NCBI GenBank assembly: GCA_043797665.1
Contig: JAZDPL010000023.1
Location: forward strand, 1-25,052
Source of the DNA: Candidatus Omnitrophota bacterium
GTDB taxonomy: Bacteria; Ratteibacteria; UBA8468; MWAK01
DNA length: 25,052 nt
Direction: 5' to 3'
Shown: positions 1 through 8,672 of the stretch, piece after piece
How positions within the stretch are numbered: the stretch's first letter is position 1
Layout: each line of letters starts with the position of its first letter
Made by a program: the position numbers and the translations under genes
The notes under the pieces: generated by a model
What the model was told of the DNA's origin: nothing
Databases searched by the model: none
Seen by the model: only the letters and a program-made list of their open reading frames with translations

Positions 1-241
1 GAGTTCCAGATTTAAGACCAGTGCAAGGCGCGACGAAGGTTCTGTGCCCACCGTGGCACATAACCGAGGAGCAACGCCGCAATGGCCCAAAGATGGAACT
101 CCCCAAAGGGCCAGTCCGCTTTTGGGCTACGACTGCGTCGCTCATCGCTTGCGTAGTACAGTGACTACGCCAGATTCTTCGCTTCTTGTCTCGCTCCAAA
201 ATCGCCTCTGGCAAATAGTCAAATTTATGGTTCGGCAACCC
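1..241. repeat. Structured intergenic element (REP/MITE-like), probably starting before the window
   Basis: Two adjacent ~100-nt fold-back domains. GAGTTCCA(1-8)/TGGAACTC(94-101) encloses hairpin TGTGCC(43-48)/GGCACA(55-60). GCCAG(110-114)/CTGGC(208-212) and TTTTGG(120-125)/CCAAAA(196-201) enclose GCGTAGT(151-157)/ACTACGC(164-170). It lies just downstream of the stop of the minus-strand dehydrogenase. Confidence 0.55.
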
Positions 242-244
242 CTT

Positions 245-1282
245 TTACCCCCACGTGAAAATGTATTTCGACACTTCGTATCGTTTTTCCGACAAGGACC
301 GGTACACTTCCGGTGCCTGGTCAACGGGGAACTCGGCACTGTACAGATTCTTCGCGTCAAATTTTCCTTCGGAGATAAGCTGCAGAATCGCTTCCTTGTC
401 TCCCGCGTTCATGGCAATAGAGCAGGAAATTCTTAAATCGCTGCAATTCCAGCGTGCATACCGCGTGATAACAATCGGCTTCCGGTACTGTCCCTGGAGA
501 TGAATTCGTCCGCCCGGCCGGACAAAATCCGCAAGCGCATCTATCGCCACCGGATTCCCGCTGCACTCAATTGCTGCGTCAACCTGCTTCCCGTCGTTGA
601 GGTCAAGCAGAGACTTTTGGGAATTGCCCCGGGTAAGATTCAGCAGGAAGCGAGTGTACCGTTCTGCCTGGATAAGCCTGTGCTCGCGCACATCCGCGGC
701 AATCACTTTTCCCGCTCCGTAAATCCCGGCAAGCTGAACGGCGGAAAGACCGATATTCCCCAGGCCGATGACCAGCACGCTCTCTCCCGGAGAAATTCCC
801 ACCATATCCATCCCCTTTTTTGCCACGCAGGCCAGGTATGCGACAACCGCCTCCTGATACGTGACGTTATCGGGAATGAGTGCGGGCCTGTCCATGGGAA
901 ACGGGCTGGTTACAGGATTCTTTACCGCAATACCACACTGCCCTCCCCACGCGGCGAAGTAATCGGGATAAGACCGGACTTCATTCGCCATCACCCTGTC
1001 CCCTACCTTGAATTTTCCGCCTCCGGAGGCGGTGAATGCCCCGGAGCCGACGTAGGCAACTTCTCCCACTTCTTCGTATCCCGGAATACACGGGTACGAA
1101 ATACCGTCTGCGGCGGCTTCACCGGAATAGACGGCCATTTCCGTTCCGGAAGAAATACCGCTGTATGTTGTTTTAACCACAATGCTCTTTTCGTCTATCG
1201 ACGGCAGATACACATCTTTCACCACGGCTTTTTCGGGCTTCTCAAAAACGACGGCTTTTGCCGTCCGGTATTCCTTATTCAC
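245..1282 (-). CDS. Medium-chain dehydrogenase/reductase (zinc-ADH superfamily, BchC-like subgroup), probable sugar/polyol dehydrogenase
   Basis: GroES-like N-terminus (VVKTTYSGISSGTE, IPGYEEVGEV, FKVGDRV) and Rossmann motif VIGLGNIGL, then IECSG. Start set at GTG 1282 because GGAGGA (1288-1293) precedes it and it overlaps the LacI stop. The ORF track extends to 1300. Confidence 0.85.
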   Translation of the reverse strand: MNKEYRTAKAVVFEKPEKAVVKDVYLPSIDEKSIVVKTTYSGISSGTEMAVYSGEAAADGISYPCIPGYEEVGEVAYVGSGAFTASGGGKFKVGDRVMANEVRSYPDYFAAWGGQCGIAVKNPVTSPFPMDRPALIPDNVTYQEAVVAYLACVAKKGMDMVGISPGESVLVIGLGNIGLSAVQLAGIYGAGKVIAADVREHRLIQAERYTRFLLNLTRGNSQKSLLDLNDGKQVDAAIECSGNPVAIDALADFVRPGGRIHLQGQYRKPIVITRYARWNCSDLRISCSIAMNAGDKEAILQLISEGKFDAKNLYSAEFPVDQAPEVYRSLSEKRYEVSKYIFTWG

Positions 1283-2318
1283 GCGCTTCCTCCGTACCAA
1301 AGTATTTCAGATGCGGTTTCAAAAATATCCTGGAAATCCCATCTCCTTCACCGTTGATTTTTTTCAGGAGTATCCTGGCCGATTTCTCGCCCATGGCCAT
1401 CCCATCCTGCTCGATAAACGGGATATGGCTGGTTCCGACGAAAGGGAGGAAGGAGGCGTTCATCTCCTGCAAAGTGACATCCGCCGGGTCAAATCCGGTT
1501 ACCATAATATCATCCGGAATGTTGAGCTTTCGTTCAAAGAGAAACTGGAATCCTTCCTTGAAATACTGGAGACTCTCGGTAAAGAGCGCGTCGGGAACTT
1601 CCTTCGCAAACATTGTTGCGAGAGCCTTATACGTCAAACCAGGAGAAGGTATGTCCCGGCATACCAGCGTATCGGAAGGCTTGATCCCGCAAGATTTCAG
1701 TGCGGCGACGTAGCCCTGGAAACGTTCCTCTTGTGCCGAGAGATTTCCTCTGTATCCAACGTAGGCTATCTTTCTAAACCCTTTTTTCAGGAGGACTGAA
1801 ACGGCTTCACAGGAACCGGCAAAATTATCACTCACGACAAAATCCGTTTCCCATTGCGGCGGATGATTATCCACAAGCACGACAGGGACTTTTCCGCCTA
1901 TGAGACCGGAGAAAAGAGCGCTCATATCCTCGCCCGATGTGATTGGAGAAAGAATTATTCCTTCCACGCTGCGTGCCAGCAGTGTCTTGAACTGCGTGAT
2001 TTCCTTCCGTCCGAGGTCGGAACTTGATACGAGTGCGAAGTAATCCGCCGCCGCAAGCACCTTTTCAACGCCGGCGAGAATATTCATGTTGAAGTTCCGC
2101 GTAAGGTCGCCGAGGATAACACCGATTGTCTGCGTTCTCTTCGTTTTTAACTGCCGGCCGAGAATACTCGGCTGATAATCCTCTTTTTTCAGTTTCCGGC
2201 TGATTTTTTCCGCCAGGCGTCGGTGAATTCTCTTCTCGCGCCACTTGTTATTCGCCACGTAGGACACGGCGGCGACAGAGACGCCGAGGTCGTCGGCTAT
2301 CTTTTTAAGCGTAACCAT
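1275..2318 (-). CDS. LacI-family transcriptional regulator
   Basis: N-terminal HTH VTLKKIADDLGVSVAAVSYVAN, hinge YQPSILGRQLKTKRTQTIGVI, and periplasmic-binding-like domain (VVSDN, ERFQGY, IPDDIMVTGFD). Confidence 0.95.
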   Translation of the reverse strand: MVTLKKIADDLGVSVAAVSYVANNKWREKRIHRRLAEKISRKLKKEDYQPSILGRQLKTKRTQTIGVILGDLTRNFNMNILAGVEKVLAAADYFALVSSSDLGRKEITQFKTLLARSVEGIILSPITSGEDMSALFSGLIGGKVPVVLVDNHPPQWETDFVVSDNFAGSCEAVSVLLKKGFRKIAYVGYRGNLSAQEERFQGYVAALKSCGIKPSDTLVCRDIPSPGLTYKALATMFAKEVPDALFTESLQYFKEGFQFLFERKLNIPDDIMVTGFDPADVTLQEMNASFLPFVGTSHIPFIEQDGMAMGEKSARILLKKINGEGDGISRIFLKPHLKYFGTEEARE

Positions 2319-2330
2319 ACGGAACTTCTT

Positions 2331-2373
2331 TTAATCGTTTAAGCATTGTAGCAGAAAAAACCGTTCCTGTCAA
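2331..2373 (-). promoter_or_regulatory. Sigma70 promoter with LacI-type operator upstream of the LacI gene
   Basis: Minus strand reads TTGACA(2373-2368)-17 nt-TACAAT(2350-2345) with a TG extension, followed by near-palindrome TTAAACGATTAA (2342-2331). The same unit recurs at 12616-12658. Confidence 0.85.
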
Positions 2374-2374
2374 C

Positions 2375-5300
2375 CTACTTCGCTCGCACTGTCAGTCCCT
2401 GTATTTCGTAAATCCTCACTCCGTTGCCTTCCAACGTATCCGTGATCGTATTGCCGGAAACCGCACACTGATTTTTTTCAAAAAGCGTTTTCACCGGCCG
2501 GTCCGAAGAAACGTTTTGCAGCACGAAAGAGGCCTGGACCGGCGTTTCCCCGGCGTTGACGACAAAAAGATACGTTTTCCCTGCGTATTCCCTCATCGCG
2601 GCGTGAAGGTACTCGCTGCCCGGCGATTGTTTGACAAGAAAGCCGGCGGTCACCGGCTTGGAGCATATGACCGGCGTAAGCTCGGCGAGCTCGTGCCCTA
2701 TCCGTGACATCATCGCCCAGCATTCCGGGTATTTTTTGGCAATATCTTCCAGCGAACAACGGTACCAGTACAGGATGCCGGAGGCGCCGTGGACAACAGC
2801 CAGGTACGCCTGGCAGCGCATTTCCGGCGTAGTGGGACATTGAAGATTCGGATTGGTCTCGTCCAGGTTGGCGGAATAATGGTACTGCAGTATCATCCAG
2901 ATTGTCTTCTCATTACGAAACCATTTACGGTACGCTTCAATGTTATCGGCAATGATGGAAATAGGGGCAGCCCGGCCGGTTCCCTTCGGAAACCATGCCG
3001 GCCAGTATCTATCAAGCGCGCATATCGGAATATGCCGGAACGCATCCGTATAGGGTTTCAGCGGCCACTCGGAGTTCACGTTTTCCACCCAGAGCATCGG
3101 ATGGTACGGGTCGGCGGAAAATACGGTTTCCACTATTTTTTTTACGTTTTCCGGCTTAAATTTTTCCTGTCCCGGGTGGAAACCGGCATTCGCCACCAGT
3201 TCATCCGCCACGTACCAGGCAAGCAATGCCGGATGCTCCCTGTATTTCTTCACGCCTTCCTCCAGGCCGGAAAGGACAGGATACTTGTATGCCGGCAGGG
3301 AAGGGTTGAGGTCGCTGTCATTACTCTTCCCGTAATGGGTCTCCCCGTCCATCGTATTGTTCGGCTCATTGATGATGACTTTGAAGCCGAACTTTTGCGC
3401 AAAATCCAGGGCCGCCTCCGCGAAGGCCGGCTTGTTGAAGTGCACCCAGTGGAGCCGCAAGGTATTGACGCCTGCATCCCGGACCATGTTCAGACGGTTC
3501 TCAAGATTGCCCAGGTCTCCGTGGTCGGCATACAGCTCGACGATATCCACATTGTAAAACCCGAAGGGGAAAAACTTTTTCCCGTTAACCCGCAGGTACC
3601 CGTTTTCATCAATCACCGTGAGGCTTCCTGCCGGTGCGGCCACTTTTGCCAGAGACACGGCGGTTTCGTCGAGAATTTTCCCGGATTCCCTGACCTGCAC
3701 CTTTACCGTGTACGTTCCGATTTCCACTGCGAACGGAAAGACACACTCCTGCTCACCCGCTGAAAGCGGTGCCGGTGCTATCGTGTTTTCCAATAGAATT
3801 TTGTTTTTCGAATCAAGAAGCGTCATCTGCAATGCCACTTTATCAAGGGGCTGCGTCGTATTCACCACGGCCCTTATTTTCACCGTGTCGTCAAAGGTTT
3901 GCGGCGGCGAAAGAAGAAAAACGTCCAGCAGGGCCGGAACCTTTTCTTCATACAGGTGCGCGGCGATCATTTTTCCTTCACTATCGTTCAGGCTGACACG
4001 CAGAACCGTGGTCCCTTTCTCCCCGATAGGGTAAGGAATATTCACCGTCTCCGGCCGGCCGGGTTTCAACACCAGGCTCGATTTCCGTTCCGCAGACTCG
4101 CCCGAAGGATACCGTGCGTTGAGATTGAAGGTAGCCGGACAGGGCACGTCCGTGCTGTTGGTGACAAGCGCCCGGAAAGAATTGGCGCCCAGCAAGCCTG
4201 CCCCGGTTGAAAGGGGCTTTATGGCAAAATTATAGCGGGAAAAATCAACTCCGGCGATTCGTATCTTCCCGAACCGCTCCGGATCGCAGAAACCGCCGTA
4301 GGTAGGCATCCAGGAACTTAATTCCGCAGGTAAATCATCCGCAGAAGGCAACTGCGTATAATCGGTGTGGAACTGAAACTCCCTGGCAAAGTTGAACCCC
4401 CATTTCTCCTGTATTCTGCCCGGCGTCAGTCCCAGCGTGGCGAACGGAACGGCTATCTCCGCAGTCCATTCCTTTTCCCCCCGTACCGCGGCCGATGTCC
4501 AGAGTCCGTTCCATCCGGAATCTTCATTCTTCTCCCCCGGTGCACGGTAACCGTCGTACTGAACACCGAGGGCGTTTACGATAAAGTGAAAATACCCCTG
4601 GTCCCCGTACGGGTCCAGCAACACTTCCGCGCAGTCGTCGTTCCACAGCGGTCCGTCCCTTCCTTCGCGAACGTTCACGGCCAGGTTCCGTACCTGGAGG
4701 TCGTCACAGCGGAAACCAAAATAAAGACATTGGCCGTCATGGAAAAAAAAGACGGTGGTCTGCATGGAGGCAGGCACATCCTTGTTCGTCACCTTGAAAC
4801 CCGTAAGTTGCAGGGCGCTTTGCCATGCGGCATCATCAAGGCGCCCGTCGATCACGGGCGCCTTGATGTCAGACTTAGACTGCGGGGCCGTAAGATCTCC
4901 CACTGCCGCTTCTTTTTTTGTTTCATACGTAAGGGTTATGGCCATGAGGTGGTAGGCATGGTACGTACCCGGCTTCCTGGTGTCGGGGAAGATGAGGGCT
5001 TCCACGGCAAGATTGTTCGGGTTCCGGATGGGCAGGTCATGGAACCATAAGGGATGCGGCGCTCCTCCCGCATCGCTCTTGCCCCAGTTGTTGGAATGCG
5101 TAAAACCCACCGCGCGTTTTTCGCCGAACTGTCCCTCGCTTCCCGCCATCCACCAATTGGTCACGCCGAACGGTATTTTTTCGGTGGACCCGTCCACATA
5201 CTTGACGGTGATATCTCCTTTCACGGGCGTACCCAGGGGGATACCCAGAAGATACATGTGCGTGTAGATGCGCGGAGTGACCTTGATGATAATGCCGTCC

Positions 5301-5578
5301 GCGAGCACCACGTTATTCTTGACGCCGGAAACCTCGGGCATCTTGAAGGTAACACCCCGGAAGGTCCACGTCTTTCCGCTCGCCGGCAACTCTTCAGCCG
5401 GTAGTGCGGGAAACAGCGATGCCTCGGCGGGCTTTGCATCCGAGGAGAATATGTCCCCGCTGTAATACCCTTCAAGGTCAACCCGTTCCTCCTCTGTCTT
5501 GGCGTGAACCCAATTCACGGCGAAGAAGAAAACGACGCTCACCGTGAGAACCCACGCGAATGCACGATACTTTCTCAT
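2375..5578 (-). CDS. Secreted multidomain putative glycoside hydrolase: N-terminal beta-sandwich, CBM9-like sugar-binding domain, C-terminal clan-A-like TIM barrel
   Basis: Signal peptide (MRKYRAFAWVLTVSVVFFFAVNWVHA). CBM9-like motifs APVIDGRLDDAAW, LYFGFRCDD, WTAEIAVPF. Barrel motifs VNGKKFFPFGFY, GVNTLR, HPALLAWYVADE, DPYHP, HGASGILYW. SD AGGGAGG upstream. Family not assignable by eye. Confidence 0.75.
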   Translation of the reverse strand: MRKYRAFAWVLTVSVVFFFAVNWVHAKTEEERVDLEGYYSGDIFSSDAKPAEASLFPALPAEELPASGKTWTFRGVTFKMPEVSGVKNNVVLADGIIIKVTPRIYTHMYLLGIPLGTPVKGDITVKYVDGSTEKIPFGVTNWWMAGSEGQFGEKRAVGFTHSNNWGKSDAGGAPHPLWFHDLPIRNPNNLAVEALIFPDTRKPGTYHAYHLMAITLTYETKKEAAVGDLTAPQSKSDIKAPVIDGRLDDAAWQSALQLTGFKVTNKDVPASMQTTVFFFHDGQCLYFGFRCDDLQVRNLAVNVREGRDGPLWNDDCAEVLLDPYGDQGYFHFIVNALGVQYDGYRAPGEKNEDSGWNGLWTSAAVRGEKEWTAEIAVPFATLGLTPGRIQEKWGFNFAREFQFHTDYTQLPSADDLPAELSSWMPTYGGFCDPERFGKIRIAGVDFSRYNFAIKPLSTGAGLLGANSFRALVTNSTDVPCPATFNLNARYPSGESAERKSSLVLKPGRPETVNIPYPIGEKGTTVLRVSLNDSEGKMIAAHLYEEKVPALLDVFLLSPPQTFDDTVKIRAVVNTTQPLDKVALQMTLLDSKNKILLENTIAPAPLSAGEQECVFPFAVEIGTYTVKVQVRESGKILDETAVSLAKVAAPAGSLTVIDENGYLRVNGKKFFPFGFYNVDIVELYADHGDLGNLENRLNMVRDAGVNTLRLHWVHFNKPAFAEAALDFAQKFGFKVIINEPNNTMDGETHYGKSNDSDLNPSLPAYKYPVLSGLEEGVKKYREHPALLAWYVADELVANAGFHPGQEKFKPENVKKIVETVFSADPYHPMLWVENVNSEWPLKPYTDAFRHIPICALDRYWPAWFPKGTGRAAPISIIADNIEAYRKWFRNEKTIWMILQYHYSANLDETNPNLQCPTTPEMRCQAYLAVVHGASGILYWYRCSLEDIAKKYPECWAMMSRIGHELAELTPVICSKPVTAGFLVKQSPGSEYLHAAMREYAGKTYLFVVNAGETPVQASFVLQNVSSDRPVKTLFEKNQCAVSGNTITDTLEGNGVRIYEIQGLTVRAK

Positions 5579-5595
5579 TGTTCTTCACCTCCCTT

Positions 5596-7968
5596 TCATT
5601 GATTTCGTTCTTTTATCTTCAGTAAAATTGCGCGGTATCCGGGCAGGGATACGGCAATTCCTTCGGAAAGCTCCCGGCCGCTCACAACACCGGGAAAACG
5701 TTGTTGACCGAGCAGATCTTGCAGGCAATATGACCGTCCCGGACTCATTCCGAGCAGTTTCATGTTGGTAAACCTGACCTTCGCCCGGACCGGGTGCGGA
5801 TTGAAATTCACCAGTATCACCGTTCTCTCGGGTTTGAAATATCTGGCGAAATGGACGACTCCGGCGGGCCCGGCGTGCACCGCATCAAAGACCATGCTCC
5901 CTTCGGTCAGCTCCCGGTTGGTCAGGCGGATGCGGCTCATCCGGCGCACCTCGTTCCAGAAAGACTTTTCCCGGGCCGAAAAAGGCTTCTCGTTTTCCCC
6001 TTCGGTTTGATAGGGCTTCCATCCGTAACTAACGAGCGGATTGTTGTCCCGTGAAAAACAGGCATACATCCAGGCAAACGATTCGTCCTTATCCCCGTCT
6101 TCTGCGCCGGCCGGCAGATTGCTTCCGTAGCAAATCATGTAATCAAGGAGCCGGGCGCCCGGCAGTTTTGAGAGGTGCTGAATACGCATATAATCCTGCA
6201 CCTTATCCGCCCCGATCTTCGGAAAATTTCTTGATGTCCAGTAGCGGTTCTTCAGCTCGGGAGAGTCGTCTTCCCGCAGCGGTCTTGAAGGCCGCATGGG
6301 ATGGTGCGTTTCAAAACAGATGTCCACGTACCGCTGGCTTTGAAAACCGAACGTTTCTCCGACGAAGATAAAGTCCGGTGCAATCTTCCGTATATCCTCC
6401 CGCAGTTCCCTCATCTGGTCAATCTCGGCGTCCTGGGTCTCCCCGTACCAGGGATACGAAGCATAATCAGGACTCTTGTGTACCAGGCAATCCAGGAACA
6501 CCCCGTCGTATCCCGCCTTCACAAAAGACCTGATGTTGTCGATAAAAAAGCGCCGCCACCCCGGGGAAAGAGGATTTCCTCCGCATATTTCCTTGTAATC
6601 CCTGTTCAGGGTATGGTCTTTTATTTTTCTTTCCAGCATCCTCCGCTCTCCGGCAGGGAAACCGCCCCATTTCTGCGGTTCCGTCCATTCCTGCCGGTCG
6701 TGAATCCACCAGTCGGGGTGAGCGTTGACCTCTTCCGCCTCAAAGGAGATGCCGGACATCGTAATCCAGCAGAGAACCTTCATGCCCAGTTTATGAGCCG
6801 CGCCGAGAAACTTCTTCTGCCCGCGGACGCCGCCGAGTCTCGGCTCGGGCGTGTAAAGGCCGTCATACGGCATAATCACGCAAGGATTTTGCATGCACTT
6901 CAGCCGGGAACCGAAGACTCCGGAACGCCAGTGACCTGCGATATAAACGGCATTGACTCCAATCTTTTTCAGGTCTTTCAGCATCCCGGTCCGCGACGAA
7001 AAATCGGTTATGGGCAGGCCGGCGGAGATAAGCCTGCGGCAGTCCTGAGGAATGTCTTCCGGCACGGATATTTTCCGGTCATTGACCAGCCGCTTCCCGA
7101 AAGATTCCATCGCCTTGTATTTGCTCCCCTGGAAAAGCCGTACGTCAATTTCCCCGAGATGAAACGCTTCTCCGGGCCAGAGAACCCTGGAGACGAACAT
7201 CTGCACGCCGAGAGAAGCGGTCTCATCCGCAGAATTTTTTTTCAGGAAGAACCCGGGGCGGGATTTGTTGAGCCATTCGGAAACAACCAGACCTTCTTCC
7301 TTCACGCCGTCGTAGAGCATCAGATAGGGCATGTTCAGACCGCAGGGCGAGACGGAGAGATGAAGACCGGCCCTGGGGTCGTCCTTGTTGCACTGTTCCC
7401 GGAAGTTTTTCACGTAATCATTGGTGAAGACGATGGAATTTCCCAGGGTCGGCAGGAGATACTCGTCCGTCCACTCCGCGCCGAGCCGGACGCTTTCCAG
7501 GACATAATCGAGCGTGTTCAGCAGAATGTTTTTGGCGGTAAGGTTCTTGATGGTAAGACTGATGCGGAGCCGGTCACCTCCGTTCTCAAGCCCATAGCCG
7601 GTTGTGATTTTAAAAATATCGTTTGATGCGGTTACCAGAAGAGCAGTGCCCGTATCCGCCGTTTGCCGGGCAACTCCTACCGTATCCGCCTGAAACGAAA
7701 CCGACTTGAATCCCGGGATATCCCCAATGTACGGAATGCCCTCACGGGCATTATCTTTCTTTCTCTTTTCCGGAAACGGGAGGTTCCGGCAGGCCGGGTC
7801 GGTGAATTCCCAGTCAAGCGATAAACCAAATCTTCCCGAAGGAGTAAGGAAGCGTGTCCGTGTCTTCCTGTTGAAAAGACCGGTCAGAAAACCCGTTCCT
7901 CTGTTGATGCGATATGCTATAAGGGAATTGCCGGAGGTAATATTCTCCCCTTCTTTTCTTTTAGGCAT
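5596..7968 (-). CDS. Putative glycoside hydrolase with a GH13/GH36-like (beta/alpha)8 domain, no obvious signal peptide
   Basis: LKKIGVNAVY, AAHKLGMKVLCWI, HPDWW, GYDGVFLDC (candidate nucleophile Asp), PDFIFVGE, and an amylase-like C-terminal beta domain (VILVNFN...SLPGYRAILL). Confidence 0.65.
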   Translation of the reverse strand: MPKRKEGENITSGNSLIAYRINRGTGFLTGLFNRKTRTRFLTPSGRFGLSLDWEFTDPACRNLPFPEKRKKDNAREGIPYIGDIPGFKSVSFQADTVGVARQTADTGTALLVTASNDIFKITTGYGLENGGDRLRISLTIKNLTAKNILLNTLDYVLESVRLGAEWTDEYLLPTLGNSIVFTNDYVKNFREQCNKDDPRAGLHLSVSPCGLNMPYLMLYDGVKEEGLVVSEWLNKSRPGFFLKKNSADETASLGVQMFVSRVLWPGEAFHLGEIDVRLFQGSKYKAMESFGKRLVNDRKISVPEDIPQDCRRLISAGLPITDFSSRTGMLKDLKKIGVNAVYIAGHWRSGVFGSRLKCMQNPCVIMPYDGLYTPEPRLGGVRGQKKFLGAAHKLGMKVLCWITMSGISFEAEEVNAHPDWWIHDRQEWTEPQKWGGFPAGERRMLERKIKDHTLNRDYKEICGGNPLSPGWRRFFIDNIRSFVKAGYDGVFLDCLVHKSPDYASYPWYGETQDAEIDQMRELREDIRKIAPDFIFVGETFGFQSQRYVDICFETHHPMRPSRPLREDDSPELKNRYWTSRNFPKIGADKVQDYMRIQHLSKLPGARLLDYMICYGSNLPAGAEDGDKDESFAWMYACFSRDNNPLVSYGWKPYQTEGENEKPFSAREKSFWNEVRRMSRIRLTNRELTEGSMVFDAVHAGPAGVVHFARYFKPERTVILVNFNPHPVRAKVRFTNMKLLGMSPGRSYCLQDLLGQQRFPGVVSGRELSEGIAVSLPGYRAILLKIKERNQ

Positions 7969-7993
7969 ATAGCGTCGTGGAAATAATCAGGAT

Positions 7994-8659
7994 TCAAGGG
8001 CTATGATACCAAATTTCCATTGACGTTTCGCCGGATTCGAGCTGGAGATCTCTCCGGTCAGAGGTCGGAGTCCGCGGCTCTACGTGACCGTCAACAAAAA
8101 CGACATTTGTTCTTTTCCCGGTATGGAGATCGGAGAGCGTGTATGTCGCGTTTCCCCACGTGACGGTAGGTGCCTGACTGTTCTTGCTTTCGTTGCCCCG
8201 GTCGGCAATAAACAAGCGCTTCTCGGGTTTCCTGACTAATGAAAACTTGCGCTCCATAGTGTAGCCGGAGACGGTCGTATACTCCGAACTCATACCGTAC
8301 CGGTTGTACCCGTAGGAAAGATACTGATAACTGTATGCTCCCGTCCTGTCGCTCGGGCAGATAAACACTTTCTGGCTGTTGCCGATGTAGGAAAGGAGTT
8401 CGTTCCACCATTGACCCAAAGCAGCGGTGGTATTGGACCCGTACGGGAAAAAATCGTCATAGTCACCGGTGTACATGTAAAGCGCCAGCCCCATCTGTTT
8501 CATATTGCTCATGCACCTTGCCTGCCTGGCCTTCTCCCTTGCCTGGCTTAAGGCCGGCAGGAGCATCGCCGCCAGGATGGCGATGATGGCGATGACCACC
8601 AACAACTCAATCAGCGTAAATCCCAATGCTTTCCGGACCACTTTTCCTATCCGGGCCAT
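7994..8659 (-). CDS. Prepilin-type N-terminal cleavage/methylation protein, DUF1559 / H-X9-DG family
   Basis: [54 protein letters not shown], and C-terminal [15 protein letters not shown] (H-X10-DG variant). SD AGGAGG upstream. Confidence 0.93.
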   Translation of the reverse strand: MARIGKVVRKALGFTLIELLVVIAIIAILAAMLLPALSQAREKARQARCMSNMKQMGLALYMYTGDYDDFFPYGSNTTAALGQWWNELLSYIGNSQKVFICPSDRTGAYSYQYLSYGYNRYGMSSEYTTVSGYTMERKFSLVRKPEKRLFIADRGNESKNSQAPTVTWGNATYTLSDLHTGKRTNVVFVDGHVEPRTPTSDRRDLQLESGETSMEIWYHSP

Positions 8660-8672
8660 TTTTCCTCCTTTA

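Noticed and set aside
44..436. ORFs 44-436 (+) and 142-360 (-)
   Set aside because: They overlap the structured element and the dehydrogenase 3' end, with no protein-like features.
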